Shown in pieces: positions 1 through 12,944 of a stretch of 64,000 nucleotides of DNA. The translations under genes were made by a program, and so were the position numbers. This DNA comes from Octopus sinensis (lineage: Eukaryota). The notes beneath the pieces are model-generated. The model searched no databases. It was not told where the DNA came from and worked only from the letters and a program-made list of their open reading frames with translations. How positions within the stretch are numbered: position 1 is the stretch's first letter; every line of letters begins with the position of its first letter. Where the stretch lies: positions 47,430,001 to 47,494,000 of the forward strand of contig NC_042997.1 of the NCBI RefSeq assembly GCF_006345805.1, given 5' to 3'.

Positions 1-1185
1 TATGTATTTCTTGACCGAATATTGTTCATAATTAACGTGTTAAAGAAATTGCTAAACAGTATATAGTGTTCTGATGATTAGGGGCACTACTAGTTAATGA
101 TTTAATAATTACTATTTACAGAAATACCACCAAAGGGTTGTTCAAACAATAATCATAAAGTATGTGATTGTTTAAACTGTAAGTTACTAAATGTCTAGTA
201 ATGTTAATACATGACTGGTGCAGTTCATGGCCGTTACTAACAGACCTTTTGTTGGCGTGCTCTGCTGAGATCTAAACGACATTGTAGAAAGCATTAAAAT
301 TCTTACTTTTGTAAAATAGTTAGATACACTCTTGCTTTCTGTTGGATATTATACTGACGTGCTGTAAAATGACGACTGACATGTTATTTTACATTAAATT
401 AAAAGAACACGCAGAATATAATAAAATCTGTGATTAACTTTCATGAAATAATTCCATACCATCAAAGGAATAATACAGATACCTAAAAGTTCATTATTAG
501 GAGCAGTACAAAACAAGATAATTAAAAGTAATCAAACAAGCAGAAAGTGAATAAATGAAAACAGAAAATAAGCATAGAATCACTTTGAGGGACTAACAAT
601 TGCTTCTTCACCTTTATTAAATGTTTTCTGGTTTTCCTTCTGTATACCATTATCTAACTTAATTATCCCTATCATGCATTTGTATTATATCTGGGTTTTT
701 CTTTCTTTTAATTTTTAATCATGTCAATTAATGTAACCAAAATATATTGAATAATTTTTTTATATTAAAAAATATAATTATTGAAAGTCACGCATATACT
801 GTACTACATTGGTGAGGCTCACAAAATACCAATCATAAATAACATATATGTATTTTAATTAAATGTAAAGACCAGATTGTCAATGATAAAAGATAACAGA
901 TCATTCAAGATATTTATTCTGAAGATTTTCTCCCCGTTTCTAATTGTTGTCATCTTTTCCATTTGCCAACTAAATTGCAATGCAATACAATTCAGTGAGT
1001 ACAGCATTCAGGACATGAAATATTATCTTAATGCTGGTACATGCCATTGGTAGTCTGGAGTGTGTACTTCATGTTTTACGTCATATATACGTCATCATAC
1101 AAACGCAAACATATATTAATATGTGTGTGTGTGTGTATGCATGTATGTTTATATATATGTATACATATATGCATATATATATATA

Positions 1186-1242
<57 letters not shown>

Positions 1243-1274
1243 CCTTATGTGTATCTTATATATGTGTGTGTGTG

Positions 1275-1310
<36 letters not shown>

Positions 1311-1444
1311 CACACACACACATATATGAGATACACATAAGGAAATAACTTTATTCTCAAACGCAAGCTAATGCTATTAATATAGCTTGAACAGGATAAA
1401 CTATTCATATTTTGCAGAAAAATCTGTCGGTGGTCAGTCATAAG

Positions 1445-2320
1445 ACTCTAACTCACATCCCTTCTTTTAGTTTTCAAAATTAAAATAAACAAAGTTCTTT
1501 TTTAATCTAAAATATACTCTCCTACAGTATCTCCAATGCTTTTCTATCTATCTGGTATACTTGCAAGGCCCTTCTTCCAAAATTCCCTTGTCCGTGACGA
1601 AAAATAATCCTCCAGTACTCTTCTGATCTCGTCTACAGAATTCATATATTATCCGTCCGAATGAGGTTGAAGACTACGGAATAAATGATAATCAGATAGG
1701 GAAATGTCCTGCGAATATGGTGGATGAGGCATCATTTCTCATTCAAACTGCTCCAGCCTTTGGAATGTCATCCTCATTATAAGTGGCCTACCATTATCTT
1801 GATGGAAGAGCATCTGCTGTCTTGAAACCAAAGATGGTCACTTTTTTTTCCAGTGCTAACTTAAGCCGCTCAAGCAGCTCGCAGTAGTTCTGCTTTATTA
1901 CAGTTTGGTTTGGGTTTAAAAGTTCAAAGTATACTAAACCTTTCATATCCCACCAAACAGATAACAACACATTACCTGGGTGAAGACTTTTTTAGTCTGG
2001 GGTGCCGGTGTTTCTCCTTTCCCTACACACTGATGTCGGCATTTGACATTTTTATAGAGAACCAATTTCTCGTCACCATTCACTATTTGGTAAAAAAAAG
2101 TTCATTCCTGAGAGGTGATAGCAAAGAAGAGCACACATCTACTCTCAGCGCGTGATTAGACTCGGACATTTTGTGAGGAACGCAGTTTGCTGACTATTCC
2201 GATGCCACGTAGGTATCCAATCAGTCATCAACACCTACGTAGCATCGGAATAGACTGATTGAAGGAGCAAACTGAAATTTCTCTGCTAGTTCCTCAACAG
2301 TTCCGATGGAATTTTTACAT
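1445..2320 (-). mobile_element. Decayed mariner (DD34D) transposase, central and C-terminal part; 5' part missing
   Basis: The minus strand translates across stops and frameshifts as NSIGTVEELAEKF...YLRGIGIVSKL..VPHKMSE...VNGDEKLVLYK...NVLLSVWWDMKGLVYFELLNPNQT...HPPYSQDISLSDYHLFRSLQ...FWKKGLASIPDR*KSIGDTVGEYILD*. These match the mariner WVPHEL, TGDEKW and YSPDL motifs. Confidence 0.9.
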
Positions 2321-2321
2321 T

Positions 2322-3990
2322 TCATGTCCTAATACATCTCCTGCTGTGGCTGTGTAGTCCTATCCTGGACAAACACTCCCTCTGGCAGATGCCGTAAATG
2401 TAACGAAGACTTTGCCTGGCTGGTTGTAATGTCAGTTTCTTGTTGACGTCTTTTCTTGTCTTTCCATTTCTCCTCTCTCCCCCTGTCACTCCTTTGTGTT
2501 CCCTCTTCTTTCGTGCGTCACCAATCTCCACAGTTATTGGCAACTGCTTCCCAGTTGCAAATATTGATGTCGCAGGTCTTCATGTCCCTTTTGCAAACAT
2601 CCTTGTATCGTAAGAATGGTCTTCCCACAGACTCAGTGCCCCTAGCAAGCTCTCTGTAGAGTATGTCCTTGGGTATTCTGCCATCTCCCATACGATGTCC
2701 AAGCCATCTCATACGTCTATGTGTGAGGAACGCAAACATGCTTGGTATTCCTGCTTTCTTGAGGTCATCTTTGTTGGGGACACGATTCTGATGCCAAGGA
2801 TTTTCCGGAGGCAGGTGAAAGACATTTAAGCGACGCTCTTGGCGTGTGTATGGCGTCCAGGTCTCACTGCTAAGTACACATGCCTGGTAAACCTTCATTT
2901 TTGTGTTGTTGGTCAGCTTAATGTTGTCCCATGCCCGTTTGGAGAGTTGGGCCATCACAACAGCTGCCTTGCCAATGCGTATATTGAGCTCGTCATCAAG
3001 GGATAGGTTGTAGGTGACGGTAGAGCCAAGATAGGTAAACTTCTCCAACTCCTGTAGTCTGTGGTCTCCAATATGTATGTTTGGGATGTCCGATGTAGCC
3101 TGACCTATGATGTTGGTCTTCTTGAGGCTGATAACTAAGCCAAAGTAGCTACATGCTTGCTCAAAGCAGTTGATGAGCCTTTGCAGGGCTTCTTCTGTGT
3201 GTGATACCAGAGCGGCATCATCAGCAAAGAGCATCTCCCTGATCAGTACACTTCTGATTTTGGTCTTGGCACACAGACGTGAGAGATTGAACAGTTTCTC
3301 AGTTTCCCGTCACTTCTACTGTGCAGAAACACTCCGTCATCTGATGTCTCAAAGGCATGTGACAGCAGCAGCGAGGAAAAGATGCCAAATAATGTAAGAA
3401 CAAGGACACAGACTTTCTTTAGCACGTTCTTTTTTTGGAAGGCGGCTGATGTTGAACCATCGTGCTGTGTGGCGCCTTGCATATCATCATAGAAAGATCT
3501 TATGATCCTCAGCAGCTTTGGTGGACATCCGATTTTTTGGAGCAGGATGAAGAGGCCTTTTCTACTTACCAAGTCAAAGGCCTTTGTCAGATCAATGAAG
3601 GCCATATATAAAGGCATTTTCTGCCCTCTGGACTTCTCCTGAAGTTGGTGTATGGAGAATATCGTGTCAAAAGTTGATCTGCTTCTTCAAAAGCCACACT
3701 GCGATTCTGGATAAATTCGAGAAGCAAGCGGTTGTAGCCTGGACAGGATAACGCGAGCAGAAGACTTTCCAACAGTGCTGAGAAGAGATATTCCACGGTA
3801 ATTGTTACAATCACCACGGTCACCTTTGTTTTTGTAAAGCGTAATTATGTTAGCATCCCGCATATCCTGAGGGATTCTATCCTCTTCCCAGCACTGACAC
3901 AGAAACTCATGAAGGTGCTAAAGCAGAGCGGTGTTTTTGCCGGCTCTGATGATCGCTGAGGGGATGTCGTTAGGTAGTAGGTTGCGATTT
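2322..3990 (-). mobile_element. RTE-clade (BovB-like) LINE, RT domain and C-terminus, pseudogenised
   Basis: Frames give DMRDANIITLYKNKGDRGDCNNYRGISLLS, AFIDLTKAFDLVSR, MLFADDAALVSHTEEALQRL, RRMRWLGH..RMGDGRIPKDILY and the C-terminal CQRECLSRIGLHSHSRRC. The usual short 3' UTR/tail is not evident; it abuts the mariner directly. Confidence 0.92.
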
Positions 3991-3999
3991 TCTTCACTA

Positions 4000-4865
4000 T
4001 TTCAGTGAGTGACGACCCTGCTTGACATGAGTCCCGAGCTCAGCTAGCTCCGGCTGACAGTACCCGGTATGGGCCCCTATCCAGGGTTACGGAAAGGAGA
4101 CAACTTACAAAGAAGTCCGGAGTGGAGCCCGTAGGCTGTTTAGTATTCGATTCGACACTCTTCCGGCAGCTCCTGCAACCAAGCTGGTGCCAAACGTAAT
4201 GTTCTGCACTCCTGTGGACTCCGTCAGCAAGGTCAAGAGAGGAATCCTCACGATTGGGCTACCCAGGATTTTCTTATATCTAGGCTAGGCCTGCGCAAAA
4301 CTGGAAAGGACACTTCAGTGCTGCTGTAAAATGTAGCAGAAGACACGGGAGGTAGCAGTCATGAGTGATATGTCCATTCTGATTGGCGTAGAATATGGGC
4401 GCAACGGGTTACCTCTGACGGTGGGAGAGACCCTCGGATCCCATTGGTTAATTACTGCCCACCTCAAGCTGGGGTCCCCCGGTTGATAAGGTACTGACCC
4501 GCCACAGGCGGCCTGCTTCATTGGGTGCTTGGAGCTAAGAGTTTGACTTGAAAAACGGCCTGCAACCACTGCACTAGGAAAACAATCAAAAGACAAGAAA
4601 CCATTAGTCCTGCAGTAAGCAAGCTGGAGTGCCAAGACCATGTGCCCTGGCATATCTGATGACCTACTCAGGCTTGAAGACCCAAGAAAAACGACCATCA
4701 TTGACCACGAACTAAAGAGGCTGGACTGCAAGAGACAAAAATCCCCCCAAACAGCAAATTCAACAGGATTTCATCTTCTTTTGGCAGAGAAGAGGTCCAG
4801 AGGAACCTCCTCAGCATGGTGTTTGCTTTACAGTGAGAAACTCATTACTCTCCTCAATAGAACCA
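4000..4865 (+). mobile_element. RTE LINE 5' UTR and N-terminal APE endonuclease fragment, inverted relative to the RT part
   Basis: The plus strand reads ASWSAKTMCPGISDDLLRLEDPRKTTIIDHELKRLD...LQETK...DFIFFWQRRGPEEPPQHGVCFTVRNSLLSSIEP, the RTE endonuclease start. It is preceded by about 600 bp of GC-richer UTR-like sequence. Confidence 0.85.
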
Positions 4866-5499
4866 CATATACATACTTGCATACTAAAATCATACATGCT
4901 ACGACATACATGAATCTATTATACTTGCCCACACACACACAAAAGTGTAAAAAGTATAATATATATTCATGCCTTTGCTTCTTGTTGTAAACTAAGCGTA
5001 TTCTGGAGAATAAAACACAATGAAAGTGAAATAAACAAAATTAAAAGTAGAAAATGAAAATAGGCACTAAAATCGTAGAAATCAAGCACTGAAATGCTTC
5101 AGGAATACGTTGTCTGGATAAGATTGAAGATAAGTTATTGTTTATTCCTTTGGGGCTGATTTGATTCCACCATAATCTCTCTGTAACATATGAAATATAT
5201 AAGTTGTTTTCTTAATGGTTAAATCGCACATTCTTCGTGTATGCTAATATATAGGAATTAAACGCATATATAGCACACCTGAATGTCTGGAAAAGGATTA
5301 TTATTTGTTTTGACATTTTAATCGTAATACCAGGTGTTAATTTGACAGAATGGTTAATTTATGAAACAAAAGGCCTTGAGGTATTTAGGTCTATATCACG
5401 GAATAACTTTATGATATGCTTGGTTTAACATTTTGTTTAGAAACCATTGAAATTTTTAAGGGCACAAGACAACAGTATATTCTGGTTTGGCGTTAATCA

Positions 5500-5858
5500 C
5501 TTTGTGTATGTAGATCTGGATAATTCAGAGTATAGTCGCATTGTTAGTCTCTTAACTATTGTCTGTTTTAATCTTTTAACCTCTCCATCTGCAGTTATTT
5601 CATAATGCTGGTGTAATTTCCAGAATATGAGCGCCACAATCCTTTGAAGCATTTCGTACAAATCTGGTGGGAAGAATTTTGTTCCTATCCGTAACGGAGA
5701 TCTGATTTGAGCTCTGCTCATCTCAACGAGTTCCCTGAAATTCTATTTGCATATTTCGATTCTGTTTAATTTTGCTTAAATTTCAACAATGTATTAGTTT
5801 TTTTATTCTTATCAATTTACCTTTTGAAATGGCTCCTAACGTGTTGCTATTGTGGCAT

Positions 5859-5890
<32 letters not shown>

Positions 5891-6200
5891 TACTACTACT
5901 ACTACTATTACTACTACTACTACTACTACTGATGTGTGAAATGAGTTCGAATAATATTGCCGCCCCGATTATGAATGCTGTTGCTGTTGTAGGTACTTGA
6001 GAGTTTCAATTGTTGTTGAACATTTTGAGGCACCTTTTACTAGGAAAAGGAGTGAAGAGTATTTTCTTGGTTTGGTCTTCAGAAAATGAAACTTTTTTCA
6101 CAGCATTCTGTTATAAGTGATTATTAACACACACATCATAGCACCTATAATCACAAGGAATGAACAAGTGGGGAAGATAAATACTCTAAATGAAAGAGAA
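5500..6200 (-). mobile_element. Very degraded RLE-clade non-LTR retrotransposon fragments split by a (CTA)n tract
   Basis: An FIP/VIIGAM-like motif near 6150 followed by a (TAG)n tail, and IVALIFWKLHQHY near 5620 resembling the RHD..IHWKLCQ motif. Similarity is weak. Confidence 0.35.
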
Positions 6201-6749
6201 AGACCTCTCGCTCGATGAAGATTATTGGTACATCCGCTTGCAGGCTAAACTCAACTTCTCGTTAAAACTAAAGTAATAAGAGCAGAGATAATGTCATCTT
6301 CAATTCCACAAACTTAAGGAGAACAAACAACAGTTTTACAATGACCGCAGTGGTCTGACTACAATATGACCGATAGGACAACTCGCTTAGTTATTGTTGT
6401 TGCAAACAGCAGTAGCAAGGTCAGCAGCATCAAAAGAATATCACTCGCTGTATCATCGTCACCATTTTCGCCACCGCAAGAAAACTAATTTATTTATGCG
6501 TTGTACACTCACTCAGAAGATCACACACACCATACATACAAGACCTGTATGGTCCAGTCAGATATGCTGTAGCGCTACTAGAGTTATAGTCACCTGTCGG
6601 ACAGGTCATTTATGGAAAAAAAATATTATAGATCCATTTCGTACAGATACAATTGCATAAATGGCAAAGTGTTGGTAACTCCACTTTGGAAAAGGGTAAC
6701 ATATTATTATATATGTTTTGTCTATATACTGGCACTCCATTGATTATGA

Positions 6750-6990
6750 TGACAAATGCTCCAAGTGATTCGATGAACGGAAAGCCGGCTCGTGACATCA
6801 ATGTGCAAGTAGCTGAGCACTCTACAGACAGAGAACCCTTAACCTAGTTCCCAGAGAGGTTCAGTGTGACACAGAATGTGACAAGGCTGACCAATGGAAA
6901 TACAGGTGCTACTTATTTTTGCCAGGTGAGTGGATGGGAGGAACGTGAAATAAAGTGTTTTGTTCCATGATACAACGCACCGCCGGGATT
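6750..6990 (-). mobile_element. tRNA-derived SINE, family C (diverged, partial)
   Basis: Reverse-complement similarity to the copy at 55000-55325 (gtgcaagtagctgagcactc..., tgtgacaaggctgacc..., aaataaagtgt). Confidence 0.8.
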
Positions 6991-7770
6991 TTTCTTGTTG
7001 GTATAAAATCAACGTGACTGAATAAAAGGTTTTTTCTTGGTATCTTTAGAGCTGATCTCACAATATAGCGGAAAGAGTTAACGAATAAGAGAGACAGACA
7101 GACAGACTGAAGAATGAATATTGATAGACATAGAGAGAATGCACACTGCTTCTTAATCGATGACAGCTTTAAATTCCGAAGATACTCAGGAGCAATATTC
7201 GATAGCATCTGTCGAGAAATTTCATGCACGAACTTGATATTTTTTTTATACTCTTCGCCCATACGACACCACAGGATATTCATTACCTCGGGAATAATAT
7301 AAATTATTCATCTAAGCTTTGCGCTAACTGAACTAAAGTGCATGACTAAGTGTTAAATGTAATTTCACAGTGGAAGACAGTGAAATACCAATCGCAAGAT
7401 AGAAATTTATGAAACATGTGAGATGAGGATTACATCATTATTCGAAAATACAGAAAGAGTTTTGAAATTAACTCCACTTTCATATCATTTGTAAATATTA
7501 AAACTTTGAAAGAATTTGTCTGCTGAATTACTACAATTCCTTATATCATACAGCAATCTTTCTTTCTGCATAATCTACTTTGGCTACCAGGTACATACTA
7601 AATTGTGGTCATAGCAGGGAAATTATGGTTGCAAAAATCAACACTACGTCAATTGCATGCATTTTATGCATCTGAATTGCTGACCAAGATTGCTTTTATG
7701 AATGATATGCATGGAGAAAGACAAATTGAATAAAGCTGTAAAACTGATGGGTGCTATTATATAATATATT

Positions 7771-8172
7771 CTTTTAGTCTTTTACTCGTTTCAGTCATTT
7801 GACTCCGGCCATACTGGAGCACCGCCTTTAGTCGAGCAAATCGACCCCAGGACTTATTCTTTGTAAGTCTAGTACTTATTCTATCGGTCTCTTTGCCGAG
7901 CCGCTAAGTTACGGGGACATAAACACACCAGCATCGGTTGTCAAGCGATGTAGGGGGACAAACATAGACATACAAGCACACACACATACAAATATATATA
8001 TATATATACGACGGCCTTCTTTCAGTTTCCGTCTACCAAATCCATTCACAAGGCTTTAGTTGGCCCGAGGCTACAGTAGAGGACACTTGCCCAAGGTGCC
8101 ACGCAGTGGGACTGAACCCGGAACCATGTGGTTGGTAATCAAGCTACTTACCACACAGTCACTCCTGCGCCT
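7771..8172 (-). mobile_element. tRNA-derived SINE, family A (full length)
   Basis: Head aggcgcaggagtg..gtgtggtaag..ggttccgggttcagtcccactgcg (Pol III A/B-box-like), internal microsatellite and tail ...aaatgactgaaacgagtaaaag. Near-identical copies occur at 21.2, 49.5 and 58.5 kb. Confidence 0.92.
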
Positions 8173-8589
8173 TTATAATATATAAAATAAAATTAGATCA
8201 CTGTTTTATATTAGTTACTCCCTATATTCTTTGTCGTATATTTTAAAGAAGGTGGTTCAGTGAAATCGATGGCAGGGTTGAAAATATGTTTCAATTCATA
8301 AGTTTCTATTTCATTAGGACTGTTTAACACTCAGCTTTTCATTCCATATTTGATTTAAATGCATTTCATTGAAGTGCATAGAATACTGAACTACATTAGA
8401 GATCATCCCGTAAAATTTCATTAAATGTTCAGTTAAAATCTTGGAAATTGTCTGGTCCACCTGCAACATACATATATGAGGGCGCCTCTTCATGGTCATT
8501 TGAATTGATAAAAACTGCCAAATCTTTCCCAAACTGAATTTTATCTCCTTAAAAATACTTTACATACATTGGATAACGCTGCCTTAGAT

Positions 8590-8997
8590 ACCTATTTCTT
8601 TACTACCCACAAGGGGATAAACACAGAGAGGACAGACAAAGGGATTAAGTCAATTATATCGACCCCAATGCCTAACTGGTACTTATTTAATCGACCCCGA
8701 AAGGATGAAAGGCAAAGTCGACCTCGGCAGAATTTGAGCTCAGAACGTAGCGGCAAACGAAATACCTATTTCTTTACAACCCACAAGGGGATAAACACAG
8801 AGGGGACAAACAAGGACAGACAAACCGATTAAGTCGATTATATCGACCCCAGTACGTAACTGGTACTTATTTAATCGACCCCGAAAGGATGAAAGGCAAA
8901 GTCGACCTCGGCGGATTTGAACTCAGAACGTAACGGCAGACGAAATACGGCTACGTATTTCACCCGGCGTGCTAACGTGTGTGCCAGCTCGCCGGCT
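8590..8997 (-). mobile_element. SINE family B, head-to-tail dimer
   Basis: Two consecutive units containing cccgaaaggatgaaaggcaaagtcgacctcggc, joined at gaaata|cctatttc. The head gagctggcacacacgttagcac lies at the right end. Confidence 0.92.
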
Positions 8998-11199
8998 TTA
9001 AACTGGTGGCGTCGTGATACTTGAAAATCCATTGATTGTAGGTTCTGGTTCAAGGCTAACTCTGGACTAAACAACAACAACTGACTCCGTTACGTTCTTT
9101 CAGTTTTATTACTACTGCTATAAAGGATAATTTGTTCATTCGTAAAAAAAAACATCTACAATAAAAGAGATAACGTCGGAATAAAAAAATCAGAAAACAG
9201 AGGGGAAAGCACAACTTCACTATTTGAACAAACGCTGCAGCAGTTACACAATATTTGGTTTACTTTTTAATTTTCTAGATAATAAAATATCTCGTGTTTC
9301 AACAGCTTCTTGGGTATCTCTCAAGTAAAATATAATTTAATCTTTATTACATAGAAATGTTGCTGTTTATTTTTATTTTATCTGTTACTATTAGGCATTT
9401 AACGAATATTTGAAAAACCCGTTTTGATTAGGAAATGCAATTAGAGTCCATATGCAGATGCGACTCCATCAACGCACTATGAGATCTGTTTTAATATCAT
9501 GCCAGTTCACATCAAATTTCTCATTAAAAAATACAAGAAATTAACAAAGATTGTCATTTGAATATTTTTATCATAAACTATAAACCAGCTCATAAAGTGA
9601 CAAAAATTTTGCTGTTGAACGTGTTTTTTTATTGCTGTTAATGTTATTGCCATTTTTTTCATAAGGTTTAAATTAATGTAAACCCGAATTCAATCCAGTT
9701 TATCAATGTTTTAAAGCAACTATTTTAAATTTGATGAGTTTAAAAGGAAATAGAAGCTTCATATGCATGTGTGAGTATGTGTTTGAAAATCAACATTATT
9801 GTCCGTCTACCAAAGCGTGTTGACTCTATTTCGGTGCTGTGTTGCGCATAGAAAGTAAAATTGCTTCATTTTGTTTGTGTATTTATGTTTCTTTGTCTTG
9901 ATATCAGCACTTATAAAATGATTGGTATCGTGCAATCCTCTGATTTAATCTTTTAGAATCAAGTACAAAAATATATTAGCTGAAACTTCAGTTTACTGCA
10001 GTGAACAAATGTCAGCGTCCCTATAAATGTAAATAGTAATTTTGCATTTACCTTATCTCGGATTCTTAAACTAAATTTGATTGCTCTCTTACATAGTTTA
10101 GTCATTTAACCTGCAGCCATGCTACAGCAAAATTTATCATCTATATTGGTAAAAAAAAGGTGTTTTGGTATTCATGTAACTAATTGTTCTTTTTTCAATT
10201 ATTTCGCAATAAATGCAAATGACGTTTTTAGGGAAAGGAATTAAATGGAATATACGAGAGAGCTAAGATTTCGAGGCGAAGAAATGCATAATTAATCAAA
10301 AACCGTTAACAACGGGTTAATTACTCGATACACTGAGAATGACAATGTTGTGTAGTTCTTTTTAGTTTTGACTCAGCTGGCAGGCAGTGAACTGAAGATA
10401 TAGGTGTAATGCCACGTATTTATTTTCCCAGATATGTCATACGTCTTCCATGATGAAGTTGATGTTGTCACATACAATTATATATTAAGGAAATACAGGG
10501 GATACAGTATGTAAGACAGGGCATATATTCCCTCTTCTGTCCTATTTTTCTTTGTACTCTTGTTAATGGTAGGTTACCCTAACTGAGCTGTCATATTAAA
10601 ATAGCACTTGGTGAGACTAAAGTTGTAATGTATGTACCTTTGGGGAGGAGTACAGCCATTGTAGGTAATGCAGATTCTGTCATCGCAAATTTTATATACC
10701 TTCGAATATGTCACTTTTAAGTGTTCATTACATTATAGTGCTTAAGATTATTTGAGGTTAGTGATGTAATAGTGTTCTTTAGAATCTGAGAATTTAGAAG
10801 TGACGATTCTATGTGACCTACTAGAATTAACTACCATATTTTCTTCACTACGTATTCTATCTTTTTTAGAGAGGATAAAATTATTTTGAATATAAAAAAA
10901 ATCAGAAAAAGAAAACGACGAGCGAAATAATCAGACTCTGAATGCAGATCAAAGGATAAATTTCTGGCATAATTTGTGACTTTACATCAGTCTGCAACAA
11001 AAGGTGTAGCACTTTCTAAAATTGTTAATGTTATTGGGAATAGCGAGGCTGTCGCACTTGCCGTTCGTTATTTCTAATATGAAGATCATTTCTACTTGAT
11101 AAAAGAAAACTAATAAAACAAATAATAAAACATAATAAAACAAAACCTTATGCAAAAAAAGGCACTTACTCATCTCATATCACTATCACTCAAAAAAAG

Positions 11200-11246
11200 T
11201 CAATTGATTTGAATATTCTTATTTGTTTGAATCTCACCAGTCCAAA
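11200..11246 (-). CDS. Candidate last coding exon of the minus-strand host gene (exon 11170-11246; stop at 11200-11202)
   Basis: Acceptor ttctcctcattccag at 11247; phase-1 frame (V)WTGEIQTNKNIQIN*. Donor GA|gtaagt at 11169, 30 nt after the stop, followed by a short intron with a strong pyrimidine tract. Confidence 0.35.
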
Positions 11247-12299
11247 CTGGAATGAGGAGAATGTCATCATGTCATCACAAAGAGGATAAAAATTGTAATA
11301 TATAAAATCGCAACTTAAATGTATCAGTTTGAACCAAATCAGCAGTAATGCGCATGTTGTCTATAAACCTGGTGTATTTTCGTATCAACTTACAAAATAT
11401 GCGCGAATTCAATCTGATGAATGTCATAGTTAGCGAGAGTAAAAAATAAAAACATTAGTGTAACTGATGAGTGATGCAATTGATAAATGTTATAATTGGA
11501 TAAGTTTAATAAATATAGTCAGTAACCACTAAATTGAGCTTAGATTCTTTCTAAGCGATAACTTTGCATGTAAATAAATTCATTATAAAACGTGATGCAA
11601 GTTCTGAGAAGTATTAGCACATGACACTGAACGTGTTTCAGATAGAGTTGTATGAAAATTTGTAAACTTTTTAGAGGGCCTCATCTTCATTTCTAGCGGC
11701 TAAAATTTATGGCATGCTTCAAGCAAGCCTGAACCCAACATTTGTAAAATACTAATGAGAAGGACTGGAGGAAGTTGGAAAGAATACTGGTGGAGTATCA
11801 TAGAAATTGAGGATGAAGGGAAACAACCATAGACAGGAAGAAATGTGAGGAACGAAAATGAAGGGTGGGGTGAAAAAGACGAAGAAACGGTTGTTATATA
11901 TTAACCCGTGTTTTCGCTAAAATCTTGCATATATCCACGATATATATTAAACTTATGGAAGTAAGTGTTTAAAATGACTGAAATACCCCAGATAGCATTT
12001 GATTTCATCTATCGTGATTAAGCTTGAAACATCTAAACATCTCATGAAAAAAATATGTAATATTAAGTTGTGCCATCGATTAACTTAATTATATAACTCG
12101 TTTACATAAATTAGCGGGATTCCTACTTAAGTATCACTTAAAATTAAATTGTAGAATATTTGAAGATAGCGTGATTTGAAAAATTTGAATCTAAGCTCCA
12201 AGTAAGAAAACATGATTGCAATATCTAAAGGAATAAATAGTAATGGCATTAAAATATTTTGTTTTTGTAATGAAAAATGTCAAAATGAAAACAAGAGAG

Positions 12300-12327
12300 A
12301 AGGAGAGATAGATTGAGAGATAGAAAG

Positions 12328-12358
<31 letters not shown>

Positions 12359-12412
12359 TGGAGAGAGAGAGCAAGAGAGAGAGATTGAGAGAGAGAGAGA
12401 TGGAGAGAGAGA

Positions 12413-12447
<35 letters not shown>
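12300..12447. repeat. (GA)n microsatellite
   Basis: Imperfect GA dinucleotide run. Confidence 0.95.
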
Positions 12448-12448
<1 letters not shown>

Positions 12449-12944
12449 ATCCTCCTCCTCGGGTTGGTGTGTTTAGCGTACTAACCCGAAAAAAGTATTT
12501 TGTTTGACCTTTGATGTTTCGGAAAATACAGTGATTAAAACCTTTATGTAATTATTTTAAGTTTTAAATATAAAAGGAAAATATAAACGTTAGCCAAATT
12601 TTAGGCAAGTTACCGTATAATCACGGTTTTATTATCGGCTATAAAGCGCAGAACTTTTTCAATTTCTAATGCAACAATAAAGCCGAAACTTTGAGCCACA
12701 ACGATTATGACTGCCAGAGTTATTTCTTGATTATTCACATTACTGATGAGCAACATACAAAAAATAAAATTTAATTAAATCCTGACATATATTTTAAAGT
12801 AATTTGAAAGTGAGATTAATGAATTTTGTAGAAACAAAATTAGAATTTCCCTCAAATTATAAAGATCGAAATACACTAGTTAATGAAAGCTATTCTACAT
12901 CAATTCCATGAATTTTGAAATAAGGAAAAATAGGAACCTCTAAA

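Noticed and set aside
2173-2297. Apparent nested four-helix pseudoknotted RNA (ribozyme-like)
   Set aside because: The sequence is mariner transposase coding DNA. The main helices are explained by a local inverted duplication, and the outer ones fall in ordinary coding motifs (EELAE / VPH).
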